Both the position numbers and the translations under genes were made by a program. DNA of 64,000 nucleotides from an uncultured bacterium (GTDB taxonomy: Bacteria > Patescibacteriota > Minisyncoccia > Phycocordibacterales > Phycocordibacteraceae). The notes under the pieces are model-generated. The model saw nothing but the letters and a program-made list of their open reading frames with translations, did no database searches and had not been told where the DNA came from. Location of the stretch: the NCBI GenBank assembly GCA_963851445.1, contig CAWKPH010000001.1, positions 61,813 through 125,812 on the forward strand, in the 5' to 3' direction. Below, in pieces: positions 9,669-19,603 of the stretch. Numbering within the stretch: position 1 is the stretch's first letter; every line of letters begins with the position of its first letter.

Positions 9669-10974
9669 TTATTCCTGAATGAAGGTCAGTGCTTTACCGG
9701 CTGCACCTGCACGCCCTGTGCGGCCAATACGGTGGGTATAGTCCTCGTAGGTCGCGGGAAGATCGTAGTTTATAACGTGCGAAACAGCACTTATATCTAG
9801 GCCGCGTGCAGCGACATCGGTAGCTACAAGAACATTCACCTGACCTTGTTTGAAGAGGCCAAGCGCCTTCTGGCGACGCCCATGTGTCTTATCGCCATGG
9901 ATGGAATCAGCACGAATACCAACGTGATTAAGATCTCGTTCAAGACGCTCAACGCCATGCTTGGTACGGCCAAAGACGATTACCTTGTCGAACCCAGGTT
10001 GTTTAAGCAGGTTGGCAAGTACTTCGAGTTTTGATTCACCTGCCTTGATGCGGACAACATCTTGATCGACGGTCGCCGCGGTATCGCGTGTCTTTACCGA
10101 TACGACTACGGGCTTGTTGAGAAATTCGCCAACGAGCTTTTCGATTTCGCGTGAGAGCGTCGCTGAAAAGAACAACGTGTGGCGGGGGCTTGGCATTTGT
10201 CCGAGTATAAAGCGCATATCTGGAATGAATCCCATATCTAGCATACGATCAGCTTCATCGAGAACGACCGTGCCAAAGCTAGAAAAATTAAGTTCTCCTC
10301 GTTCTGCAAGATCCTTCAACCGCCCAGGAGTACCGATGACGAAGTTAGGATTGCGGCGAAGCTGTCGCATTTGTGGAACGATATTCGCCCCACCGACGCA
10401 ACAGACTGCATTAATGTTGAGAGTTTTTGCGAAGCCATAGAATTCCTGCTCGATTTGAAGCGCAAGTTCACGAGTAGGAACCATGATGAGTACGCGTTCA
10501 TCCTGTCCGAGTACGACGAAGCTTTATGATTTTGTCGAGAAGCGGAACGAGAAAGGCTGCTGTTTTACCAGTCCCTGTCTGCGCCATACCGACAACATCC
10601 TGACCCTTGAGCGCGAACGGAATTGCTTTGTCCTGAATCGGGGTTGGGGTTATATAGCCCTTTTTAATAATGTTGTCCTTGAGACGTTGGTCGATAGGAA
10701 AATCGGCGAATTGATGTTCAGGAATGAATACATCCTCGTCCTCAGTAACGACTGCCTTATTGATGAGTTTCGAAAGGTCGACGGACATCTCCTGGAAGCC
10801 TTTCTTTGACTTACCTCCTACAGAGCGGCCTCGAGAATTTGAGTACCTCGAACTGCCACGGTTACTATTTCCGCTTGAATTGTTGTTAAAACGTGAGCCG
10901 GAACTTCCACGACCGTAGTCGTTGGATCGCGGCGGGCGACGACCATCGGTACGTCGCATATATGTTGTTGCCAT
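9669..10974 (-). pseudogene. DEAD-box ATP-dependent RNA helicase interrupted by a 1-nt indel near 10498-10508 (or sequencing error)
   Basis: ORF 10498..10974 carries the Q-motif and motif I (AQTGTGKT). ORF 9669..10484 carries PTRELA, DEAD, SAT and the HRIGRTGR motifs. A second frame reads …[14 protein letters not shown] across the junction. Confidence 0.7.
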
Positions 10975-11247
10975 TGTGTATTTAGTTGATTGGCGCGCAA
11001 TTTTCTTTCGTCTCTTTTCGTACAGGCTTTGCTGCAGATTTGCGAGAACGCTGTCGCGAGATGCGCGCGATTATAAGAAGCAAAAGGAGATTTCTACTTT
11101 TCGCTCAACCGATCTCGAGAGTTTGCAGATTTCGTTCTTCATCTGGTCCTGAGCGACTCTCAAGACGATAAACGGGTAGAGATTGGTTATGTACAGAGTA
11201 GCATGCCTCGCTGTTTTTGCAAGGCCCTATAGAAAATAGACGCGCGC

Positions 11248-11400
11248 CTAAGAAATGGGATTCTTCCCTTGAATGAGGCGTATTAGTATCAGAATAATCG
11301 CGATGACGAGAAGGACATGAATGAATCCTCCAAGGGTATAGGAGGTGATGAGTCCAAGTGCCCAAAGAATAAGAAGTATGACTGCAATTGTGATCAACAT
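11248..11400 (-). CDS. Small membrane protein, lmo0937-family-like (50 aa)
   Basis: ATG at 11400; encodes MLITIAVILLILWALGLITSYTLGGFIHVLLVIAIILILIRLIQGKNPIS, two TM helices. Missed by the ORF track because an overlapping frame is longer. Confidence 0.45.
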   Translation of the reverse strand: MLITIAVILLILWALGLITSYTLGGFIHVLLVIAIILILIRLIQGKNPIS

Positions 11401-11486
11401 ATCTTGTATATTTATCTACTAATATAGCTACGAGAAACCTATATCCACACAATACTACAATACGCTCCTATAGATAGAGTACGATT

Positions 11487-13277
11487 CTATTCTTTGCGGC
11501 GAGCCTTGGCGCGCTCTGTCTCGTTGAGGAATTGTTTACGTAAACGCACAGAGATTGGCGTGATTTCGAGGTATTCGTCCTCGGCCATGATCTCGAGGCC
11601 GCGTTCAATCGTGAGGGTAAATGCAGGCACGAGATTTATGGCTTCATCATTACCCGACGAGCGAACATTGGTCAGGTTCTTACCCTTCGTAGGATTTACC
11701 ATCATTTCTTCACCTTTGGACGTATTACCTATGACCATCCCTTCATACACTTCGGTAGCAGGAACAATGTAGAGCACACCACGTTCCTGAAGGCCCCAGA
11801 GTGCATAGCCAAGTGCTTTGCCAGAAGCCATTGAAATCATGGAGCCAACTTGGCGCTTTTTAATCTCCCCCACATAAGGCTTGAAGCCAATGAACCGTGA
11901 GGAAAGGATTCCTTCGCCTTTTGTGTCGATCACAAATTGATTACGGTAGCCCAAAAGACCACGAGTTGGCCCTTCGAATGTGAGACGCACCAGATCATCA
12001 TGTTGCACGAGATTTTGCATGACAAATGCACGCGTTCCAAGGCGTTCGATAATTGCTCCCTGGAATTCACTCGGTGTGTCAATGATAACTTCTTCGAACG
12101 GTTCCAATTTCTTTCCTTCCTCTTCACGAATAATGACCTGCGGCTGCGAAACTTGGAGCTCGTATCCTGAACGGCGCATATTTTCAAGAAGCACCGCGAT
12201 GTGTAGTTCGCCGCGACCCGAGACCTTGAACGAATCTGGTGAAACAAAATCGACTTTGAGACCGACATTTACTTCAAGCTCACGCTCGAGGTATTCACGT
12301 AGCTGCCGGCTTGTCACGTACTTCCCTTCACGCCCCGCGAATGGAGAGTTATTCACGAGAAAATTAACACTAATAGTTGGTTCATCAATCGCAATTGCAG
12401 GAAGCGGATCTGCGGCTGCATCAGCCGATACTGTCTCGCCAATGAAAATATCTGAAAGGCCGGCGACAATGACAATATCCCCTGCCTGCGCTTCAGGCAC
12501 GTCAGTACGATCAAGACCTGTAAAGGTGAAAACCTTGGTAAGCTTACCCGAACGACTCGTACCATCTGGTTTCTTTACCGTCACACTCTCGCCGGCATGC
12601 ACGATACCTTCATATATACGTGCGATCGCAAGACGTCCAAGAAAGTTATCATACGCAAGGTTGAATACCTGGAGGCGAAGTGGCTTGGCGAGCGCTTCGG
12701 GCGTTGATGCGGGAGGCACCTGCTCAAGTACAACATCAAGGAGTGGCGTAAGGTCCTTGCGTTCGTCGTCAAGCTTTCGCATGGCAACACCTTCGCGGCC
12801 AATCGAATACACCGTTGTAAAATTAGCCTGCTCATCAGTTGCACCAAGCTCAAGAAAGAGTTCGAGTACTTGTTCTTCAGCGCGCGCTGGATCTGCTGCT
12901 GGCTTATCAATTTTGTTGAGCACAACGATTGGTTTGAGCCCTAGTTCGAGCGATTTCTTTAGAACGAATCGCGTTTGTGGCATGGGGCCTTCCTGTGCAT
13001 CGACGATAAGAAGTACCGAATCAATCGAGCGGAGCACCCGCTCTACTTCTGAACCGAAATCCGCGTGCCCTGGTGTATCAACGATATTTATTTTTGTGCC
13101 CTTGTATTGGATTGAAACATTTTTTGAGTAGATTGTGATGCCGCGCTCCTGCTCAAGAGTATTTGAATCGATAGATACACCCGTAGAGACCGCGCCGGTC
13201 TGAGCAAGGATCGCATCGGTAAGAGTTGTTTTACCGTGGTCCACGTGCGCTATGATCGCAATGTTACGAATTTCCAT
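11487..13277 (-). CDS. typA: Translational GTPase TypA/BipA
   Basis: 596 aa ORF with G-domain motifs (AHVDHGKTT, DTPGH, NKID) and EF-G-like domains. Confidence 0.95.
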   Translation of the reverse strand: MEIRNIAIIAHVDHGKTTLTDAILAQTGAVSTGVSIDSNTLEQERGITIYSKNVSIQYKGTKINIVDTPGHADFGSEVERVLRSIDSVLLIVDAQEGPMPQTRFVLKKSLELGLKPIVVLNKIDKPAADPARAEEQVLELFLELGATDEQANFTTVYSIGREGVAMRKLDDERKDLTPLLDVVLEQVPPASTPEALAKPLRLQVFNLAYDNFLGRLAIARIYEGIVHAGESVTVKKPDGTSRSGKLTKVFTFTGLDRTDVPEAQAGDIVIVAGLSDIFIGETVSADAAADPLPAIAIDEPTISVNFLVNNSPFAGREGKYVTSRQLREYLERELEVNVGLKVDFVSPDSFKVSGRGELHIAVLLENMRRSGYELQVSQPQVIIREEEGKKLEPFEEVIIDTPSEFQGAIIERLGTRAFVMQNLVQHDDLVRLTFEGPTRGLLGYRNQFVIDTKGEGILSSRFIGFKPYVGEIKKRQVGSMISMASGKALGYALWGLQERGVLYIVPATEVYEGMVIGNTSKGEEMMVNPTKGKNLTNVRSSGNDEAINLVPAFTLTIERGLEIMAEDEYLEITPISVRLRKQFLNETERAKARRKE

Positions 13278-13311
13278 AAATTAGTCCTGAAAAGCAGTTT
13301 GCCCTGGTCGG

Positions 13312-13339
13312 TAGAAAAACAAAACGGCCCTGCGGCCAG
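13312..13339 (-). terminator. Hairpin GGCCGCAGGGCC followed by a U-rich tract (terminator or attenuator) between mltG and typA
   Basis: Minus-strand RNA reads CTGGCCGCAGGGCCGTTTTGTTTTTC. Confidence 0.4.
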
Positions 13340-13377
13340 TTCTTCTCACAATACCTTTATAGTATGATAGCGTCAAC

Positions 13378-14355
13378 CTATTTGAGATATTCTTTAATAT
13401 TCGCAATCTGCCCTGCGTACGTATCCGAACAGTGGATCTGGCCTGTTGGGTCGTGGAGATAGTAAAGACAGTCTGTCTGTTCCGGGTTGAGGACAGCATT
13501 TATTGCCGCGAGGCTTGGTTCATCAATAGCATGCGGGGGTAACCCAGCGTGTTCATAAGTATTGAAGGGAGAATCAACGAGCTTATCAGCCGGAGTTGGA
13601 ACTGGCCACCAATCTGATTCATTGCCAACTACATACTGGAGAGTTGCGTCAATCTGAAGTGGCATATTATTTTTTAGACGATTAAAGATAATCCCTGCGA
13701 TGAGCGGCATATCGCTTGTGCCAGCAGCTTCACGTTCAATAAGTGAGGCAATTGTCACAACATTTGTCCACTGCAATCCTTCTTGCTCGGCTTGGTTTGC
13801 GTAGGGCGCAAATTCTTGTTGGAAACGATCCCGGAACCGCTCGGCAATTTGTGCAGGTGACTGCGCAGAAGAAATGAGGTAGGTATCGGGGAAATATACT
13901 CCTTCAACGTAAGCTGGCGAAGGATCGGTGTCTATATTCAGCCATTCGCTTTTCTGTGCGGCCGTCCAGTTAAATGTTGCCGCAAGCTTGTCAGCTATCT
14001 GCTCCTTACGCCAACCTGGAGGAAAGGTAAAGAAGACCAATGATGGTGGCTGCACCAAGGCACTCGCAATGCTCCATATATCCATGCTCGCTGAGAGCTC
14101 ATATCCTCCAGGTTGAATAGTTATACCTTTGTCGACATACTCGTACGCGATCTTAAGCGCAAGTCGACTTCGTACAAACCCCTGTGACTTTAAGGTATCG
14201 AAAACCTGATCAGAGGTTTCACCAGGATTTACCGTGAATTCTGTCTGGCCGGCATAGAGATCGACTGGACCAAAGTAATGCGCATACAGGAGCGCAATGA
14301 CAAAGAGAGCTAGAACGACTCCGCCTATGCTGATTGAAAATAAACGTCGTCTCAT
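13378..14355 (-). CDS. mltG: Endolytic murein transglycosylase MltG (YceG-like)
   Basis: 325 aa ORF with an N-terminal TM and a YceG-like domain (…LIEREAAGTSDMPLIAGIIFNRL…). Confidence 0.9.
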   Translation of the reverse strand: MRRRLFSISIGGVVLALFVIALLYAHYFGPVDLYAGQTEFTVNPGETSDQVFDTLKSQGFVRSRLALKIAYEYVDKGITIQPGGYELSASMDIWSIASALVQPPSLVFFTFPPGWRKEQIADKLAATFNWTAAQKSEWLNIDTDPSPAYVEGVYFPDTYLISSAQSPAQIAERFRDRFQQEFAPYANQAEQEGLQWTNVVTIASLIEREAAGTSDMPLIAGIIFNRLKNNMPLQIDATLQYVVGNESDWWPVPTPADKLVDSPFNTYEHAGLPPHAIDEPSLAAINAVLNPEQTDCLYYLHDPTGQIHCSDTYAGQIANIKEYLK

Positions 14356-14461
14356 TATGCTCTCTTGCGCCTATCAGTGTGTCTTGACGAACTATGATTC
14401 TCCCCTCCTGCAAACTTCAAAAGCAACATTTTCTCATTCTAACATCCTCATTCAGTTGCAT

Positions 14462-14704
14462 CTATTTTATGAGCTCTAGCTTATCCTGCCGACGAAGCTG
14501 TTTTAGTCCATATTCGCGCTTCTGAGCCTCGCTTCGTGAGGCGCACTTCTCCCAGTAGCGAAGCACGACAGGTCGCCGGTTTTTCGTATACTGCGCTCCG
14601 TGAAGACTTCCGTTATGTTCAGTTATTCTTCGTTCAAGGTCAGTTGTATATCCGCAGTACAAGGTGCCGTCCGCGCATTCGACCATGTACACAAAATGAT
14701 TCAT
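14462..14704 (-). CDS. GIY-YIG nuclease family protein (YhbQ/URI-like, 80 aa)
   Basis: Contains the FVYMVECADGTLYCGYTTDLERRITEHN GIY-YIG core. Confidence 0.8.
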   Translation of the reverse strand: MNHFVYMVECADGTLYCGYTTDLERRITEHNGSLHGAQYTKNRRPVVLRYWEKCASRSEAQKREYGLKQLRRQDKLELIK

Positions 14705-15306
14705 GAAAGCTTATAGGTACTAATGATCCTGGCAGCCGCCTCAGAAAACTGCATTCCTATTGGAACAATTTCAAGCGGCATATTCGCTTCTTCAAGCGCT
14801 TGGCGCTTCTGTTCATCACTATGCATCCGTTCGAGACGCTGGTGATCAGGTCCGTTAAGCTCTATAGCGAGGATAGGCTGGAGCCATGCATTACAAATTA
14901 CAAAATCCAGATGTTTTGGGAGTATCTTATTGCGATTTACGTAGTATTTGCTACCGTGCATCGTCTCAATAACATCAGCGATTCGCATCTTTGGAAAAAT
15001 ACGAAAATCCTTCCCGATTTGTCGCTCAAGTTCGCGGTAAAAGGCGGTCTCCGTCGAGGTCATGACCATGCGACGTTTCCGATATGCGTGGGCCTCCTCT
15101 GGCCGTGCATGCATCGGCTCTGATCGTTGCACATCATGATATTGTTGTGCCAAACTTCGTTCACGGTGTCGTCCTCTGTGATTTTCTGTGTGAGCTAAAT
15201 GTGGATGATGAGTGTGCCATTCTGCTCTACCCACGAGAAAAATGAGTGCTGTGATGAGAACGATAATTACGAGAGAAAATACAAGCATCCTGCTCGCAGT
15301 ATACAA
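14701..15306 (-). CDS. Membrane-anchored DUF2726-like (restriction-endonuclease-like fold) protein with His-rich linker
   Basis: 201 aa ORF: N-terminal TM, a His/Arg-rich segment, then a DUF2726-like block (FYRELERQIGKDFRIFPKMRIADV…HLDFVICN…LAIELNGPDH). Its stop overlaps the GIY-YIG start (ATGA). Confidence 0.55.
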   Translation of the reverse strand: MYTASRMLVFSLVIIVLITALIFLVGRAEWHTHHPHLAHTENHRGRHRERSLAQQYHDVQRSEPMHARPEEAHAYRKRRMVMTSTETAFYRELERQIGKDFRIFPKMRIADVIETMHGSKYYVNRNKILPKHLDFVICNAWLQPILAIELNGPDHQRLERMHSDEQKRQALEEANMPLEIVPIGMQFSEAAARIISTYKLS

Positions 15307-15347
15307 CGCGTGTAGGACACTATCGCGTTATCTACACCTCACATATC

Positions 15348-16835
15348 TCAATTCGCCAAATCAAGAGTTAGATCGATTCGAATTTGCGAGACAAAATCCT
15401 GTACGTGACTCACGAGAATCATCGCGCCTTCGTATTGATCGAGTGCTTTAGCAATCACGGGCAAATGCCGGAAATTAATATGGTTAGTTGGTTCATCGAG
15501 AATGAGAAGCCCCGGGCGTTCAAGCACAAGACTTGCGAATGCCACAAGTCCTTTCTGCCCTTCTGAAAGCATGCCAATCTTCTTATGCATATGACTGCTG
15601 GTGAGGAGAAATCCTGCAGCAGTTGCCCGCATACGTTCCTCGTTTGGCTTTTCCATGGCTGCTAAAAGAGACTGGAAAACAGTCTTTTCGAAATCAAGTG
15701 TTGAGAAATCCTGACGGTAGTAGCCAACTTTTAGGGCTTTTGCAATCTTTGCACCCTCTGCGTGTCCGCTTGCAAGAGCTTCGAGAAGAGTGCTTTTCCC
15801 CGCACCGTTGGGACCCTTGATAAGCAAATGGTCCTTCTTTTTAAGCGAGACGCCGGCCGTGTGTATTTTGGGTTTGTGTGATTTAAAGCTCATTGACATA
15901 AAGGAGGTTATGCTCACGATTTCGCCAACGAGATTCTCTTGGACCGGAATTATAAATGGTCGAATGGTTTTATCCTCTTTACGTACGTCGACAACTGCTT
16001 CCTCCATCTCTTCAACTTCGCTGCGCATTTTCTTCGCAACGAGGCGCATCTTGCCTCCTTTTTGTGCGAAAAAGTTTGCTTTGTCCTTATTGGCTTGGAT
16101 CTTCTTCTCAAGTTGCGCATTCAGGCGATTCTCGCGTTCGATGCGAGCCGTTATTTCCTTGAGAAGATCAAAATAATTGCCAGTGTATTGTTCTACTTTC
16201 TGAGAGTGTAGATCGAGGTAGAGTACGCCCTGTGTAAATGAGTTGAGAAACTCTGCGTCGTGCGAAATAACAAGGCATGTCTTTTGATACTCCTTGAGAA
16301 ACTTGGTCAGATGCTCAATACCTGCAGCATCCAGATTATTCGTTGGTTCATCAAGAAGCAGTAGGTCGGGATTCTGGATGAGCGCAGATGCGAGGAGTAA
16401 TCGCGCTTGTTGGCCTCCGGAAAATGACTTAATGAGACGATCATGGGATGCCTTAAAGTTCACAATTTCGAGAGCGGCATCGATCTTTGGATCAATGTCA
16501 TACACTTTCTCGGTAAAACATTTCTCGAAGAATTCGCGGATTGTGAGGTCGCGCTCAGAAGCTGTGATCGCTTGATTTGCCATGGCAATAGAGAGTCCAT
16601 GCTGCTTCACAACCTTACCCTCGTCGGGTATAAGAGCGCCGGTTATGAGCTTGAATATCGTGCTCTTCCCCGCGCCATTTTGCCCCATCACCGTCACCTT
16701 CATGCCACGCCGAACTGAAAAATCCACCTCCTTTAATATAGGATGGTTGTGGCCGTAGCCGAATGAAAGCCCTTCAAAACGTAGGGCCGCTTCTCGCGGT
16801 CCTTGAGGGTTCGCATTTTTAGGAGTGGTGTCCAT
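15348..16835 (-). CDS. ABC-F family ATPase (two tandem ABC domains, no TMD)
   Basis: 495 aa ORF with two Walker A motifs (GQNGAGKST, GPNGAGKST) and two ABC signatures (LSGGQQARLLLA, LSEGQKGLVAFA). Confidence 0.85.
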   Translation of the reverse strand: MDTTPKNANPQGPREAALRFEGLSFGYGHNHPILKEVDFSVRRGMKVTVMGQNGAGKSTIFKLITGALIPDEGKVVKQHGLSIAMANQAITASERDLTIREFFEKCFTEKVYDIDPKIDAALEIVNFKASHDRLIKSFSGGQQARLLLASALIQNPDLLLLDEPTNNLDAAGIEHLTKFLKEYQKTCLVISHDAEFLNSFTQGVLYLDLHSQKVEQYTGNYFDLLKEITARIERENRLNAQLEKKIQANKDKANFFAQKGGKMRLVAKKMRSEVEEMEEAVVDVRKEDKTIRPFIIPVQENLVGEIVSITSFMSMSFKSHKPKIHTAGVSLKKKDHLLIKGPNGAGKSTLLEALASGHAEGAKIAKALKVGYYRQDFSTLDFEKTVFQSLLAAMEKPNEERMRATAAGFLLTSSHMHKKIGMLSEGQKGLVAFASLVLERPGLLILDEPTNHINFRHLPVIAKALDQYEGAMILVSHVQDFVSQIRIDLTLDLAN

Positions 16836-16879
16836 ATATGTACCTTACCGTATCCAAGACAGATTAGTAACTGTAGGGA

Positions 16880-17428
16880 TCAAATTCGATATTCTTTACG
16901 CAATTCACTTCTACACGCCTTGTAATCGGGAACGGTCTTTGTAACTAATTTCCAAAACCGTTCTGAATGATTCATTTCCTTGAGGTGGCAAAGCTCGTGC
17001 ACAATAATGTAGTCCGCAAGATGCGACGGCAGGAGTGCAATACGAAAATTAAAACTGAGTGTGCCCCTTTTTGAACAACTCCCCCAGCGTGTTTTCTGAT
17101 TTCTCATAGTTACTCTCGAGTATTGAAACCCATAAAACTGATTGAAGTACGTGAGTCGTGAAAGAGCCAGTGTTCGGGCATGATCCCTATATCCTTTACT
17201 CTCAGCTACAGAAAACTTTTTAGGACCACTTATTTCTTTTTGCCTCCCATCCTCGAATTTAGTGAATGTTTTCTCAATCCATACTGATTTTGTCTTAAGA
17301 AATTGCTCTACTACTTCAACGGAGACCTTCCGAGGTGTGGTAACCACAATTCGACCATCAGGATGGATTGTAAGTATCGTACTTTTCGCACGACGATTTA
17401 TTCTGTGAGTATAATTCCATTCGCGCAT
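16880..17428 (-). CDS. YgjP-like metal-dependent hydrolase (DUF45/SprT-like, HExxH)
   Basis: 182 aa ORF with WGSCS and HELCHLKEMNHSERFW motifs. Confidence 0.75.
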   Translation of the reverse strand: MREWNYTHRINRRAKSTILTIHPDGRIVVTTPRKVSVEVVEQFLKTKSVWIEKTFTKFEDGRQKEISGPKKFSVAESKGYRDHARTLALSRLTYFNQFYGFQYSRVTMRNQKTRWGSCSKRGTLSFNFRIALLPSHLADYIIVHELCHLKEMNHSERFWKLVTKTVPDYKACRSELRKEYRI

Positions 17429-17466
17429 GCAAACGTAGCTTTGATCTGTAAATTTACGCTTGAGTA

Positions 17467-18687
17467 TTACTGATACTGTATAAACATCGGTTGCGGTGTA
17501 AGCTGAAGCACTTCCTGTGGCGTCATCATACCCGTTGAAGGGGGACGCAAATCATTAACGAAAAATAGCTTGAACCCGGTGAATTGAACTGGCTCGTCTT
17601 CAATAAATTTCGCATACGTGTTCTTTTTTCGCGCAGGTGAGCCCCAGCCGTCCATGTCCATCACAATCTCGACTTGCGGGAGCGGCGTAATGTCCTGTGT
17701 ATTCGTAACCATATCCTGGGTGAAGCGGTGTACGATGAGGATTTTTGGTGGCAGATTGTACTCCTCTACAAGACCCGCGAGGTAGTTGGCAGCAAAATTT
17801 ATGTCGCTTGCGTCCAGTGTGCCAATCTCTGTTCCTGGAGGGGCACCGTCTTTCATCGAGAATTCTGGATCAAGTGCGAGTTCAACATTGGGTAGTGCGA
17901 GATATTTCTCAAGAAGCGGCACCTCTGTCTGCACATTACTGAGACCCACTTGTACATCGAGTATGAGGACACCGTGTTCTTGATTTGCTAATCCAAGCGC
18001 TTCCTCGATCTGGCTATCGGGCATACGGAGCCTATATTTGCCATCTGCACCTGGACTTCCCTGCGCGGTAACGGCGATATAATCAATTCCCGGTACAACA
18101 GGGGTACTCGGGTCTGCGGCCTGCCACTGGGCTACGGTCGCGTTCAGCATCTGAAGCATCTGCGGCACGGGATACTTTCCGAGAACTCCCATTGAGGTGG
18201 AGTAGAAGTTTCCGTAGTAAGCGACAATGCGACTAAATGGGAGGATTGCACCTGCATTTGGATAAACCGTTTTCACTGGCCATAAGGGGGGTGGGTCGGC
18301 AACTGCCACCGCGGCTGAGGCGGTGGAGCTACTCATCATAGAAGCCGAAGAGGTTGCAACAGGAACAATTGGTTCATTGGCAATTTCTTGCAGTTTTTGG
18401 TTGTAAAGGGCGATGTTGAGGGTCGGAACTACGGGGGGTGTTGAGGTTGCTGCAGTGGAACTTGCGGTCACAACGATTTGCGCATGTACATGGTCATAAA
18501 GTCCTGTGAAAAAGTTAGTGAAGGTAAGGAAATAAAGCGTCGTAAGATATATGATGCAGGTAATGAAACTGAAAATAAAAACGAGCCGTTTTCTATCGGC
18601 TTTCGATTTTTCTTGCATTTGATCGTTCTCCAAGCGATTCTTATTTTTCTTCGTAAACAAAGCCATGTGGTACACCCTACTATACAA
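17467..18687 (-). CDS. Hypothetical membrane-anchored extracytoplasmic protein (possible glycoside-hydrolase-like TIM-barrel domain)
   Basis: 406 aa ORF with an N-terminal TM and a Ser/Thr/Ala-rich linker. The C-terminal domain is unrecognized, so the call is low-confidence. Confidence 0.4.
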   Translation of the reverse strand: MYSRVYHMALFTKKNKNRLENDQMQEKSKADRKRLVFIFSFITCIIYLTTLYFLTFTNFFTGLYDHVHAQIVVTASSTAATSTPPVVPTLNIALYNQKLQEIANEPIVPVATSSASMMSSSTASAAVAVADPPPLWPVKTVYPNAGAILPFSRIVAYYGNFYSTSMGVLGKYPVPQMLQMLNATVAQWQAADPSTPVVPGIDYIAVTAQGSPGADGKYRLRMPDSQIEEALGLANQEHGVLILDVQVGLSNVQTEVPLLEKYLALPNVELALDPEFSMKDGAPPGTEIGTLDASDINFAANYLAGLVEEYNLPPKILIVHRFTQDMVTNTQDITPLPQVEIVMDMDGWGSPARKKNTYAKFIEDEPVQFTGFKLFFVNDLRPPSTGMMTPQEVLQLTPQPMFIQYQ

Positions 18688-18746
18688 GGATTCCTACAGT
18701 CTATCACGCACCCTGCTACCCTCTGGAATATTATCTGAAGGCTTGT

Positions 18747-19124
18747 TTACCGCTCTGCAATCGTTATTTGATTGCCGTCTGGGTCCGCAAAACGAAACCA
18801 CTTCACGCCTGAACCGGGGCCGTAGAGATCATCTTTAATTTCGCTGACTGTTACACCCTTCTCGCTAAGCCCCGTATGTGATGCTGTGACATCGGAGGTT
18901 GCAAAATAAAGCATCATCGTGCCGGGCTTCATATCTTCGTGATAGGTGGAGAGGGTGATAGTAGCTCCGCCTTCTGGCAAGGTAACTGCTACCCACCAGT
19001 TATTGTCGTCTTGGCGGTAATCCGTAGTGACTTTGAGACCAAGCTTGTCTGCGTAGAACTCTTTAGCCTTAGGCATGTCACTGACAGCCATCATGACCAT
19101 CGTTAGTTTGTCGGCAATTTGCAT
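18747..19124 (-). CDS. VOC family protein (glyoxalase/bleomycin resistance/dioxygenase fold)
   Basis: Paired beta-alpha-beta-beta-beta modules. Start placed at the internal Met MQIADK to avoid overlap with the upstream gene. Confidence 0.65.
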   Translation of the reverse strand: MQIADKLTMVMMAVSDMPKAKEFYADKLGLKVTTDYRQDDNNWWVAVTLPEGGATITLSTYHEDMKPGTMMLYFATSDVTASHTGLSEKGVTVSEIKDDLYGPGSGVKWFRFADPDGNQITIAER

Positions 19125-19158
19125 AGTGTATATTTTGCCATTAATTATAAATGCCGAT

Positions 19159-19512
19159 TTACATACCTCCTCTAGGATTCGCATCCATCAGTTCTACGTA
19201 GGAACTTGGAATCATTTGAAGATGTGGATTACTCTGCACAAGAGTAGCGGCAGCATCATGTGATTCAGCTTGGACCATCATGCACCAGTTCATATCGTTC
19301 TTCATATCCGTAATGCTGTCTTTGGTCACGCGCTTGGTCTTCCCAAGAGGAAAACCGTCCTCGACAATGGCATCCTTGTGGGCTTCACGCCATGCCTTCC
19401 ACTCCTGCATGACTTTATCAGACTGTTCTTTACGAGTTGCCTCGTCAACGGTGGCCATCCAATCCTTCATGGAGTCAGCTGGAATACAAAAGATTGCTAC
19501 ATACTTATTCAT
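19159..19512 (-). CDS. YciI-like (Dabb-fold) small protein
   Basis: 117 aa ORF. Segments DGFPLG and MMVQAESHDAAATLVQSNPH resemble the YCII-related domain. Confidence 0.45.
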   Translation of the reverse strand: MNKYVAIFCIPADSMKDWMATVDEATRKEQSDKVMQEWKAWREAHKDAIVEDGFPLGKTKRVTKDSITDMKNDMNWCMMVQAESHDAAATLVQSNPHLQMIPSSYVELMDANPRGGM

Positions 19513-19603
19513 AGAGATGTTGTTATTGGTATGTGTCTATTCTACCAAATTGATTCGTGAGTTACACGTGAATTGTGCTAGCACAAGATTCGAACAAAGT
19601 TCG

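Noticed and set aside
11980-13131. 383-aa plus-strand ORF
   Set aside because: Lies antisense inside typA, has Ser/Arg-rich composition typical of antisense reading of a GC-balanced gene, and no domain.
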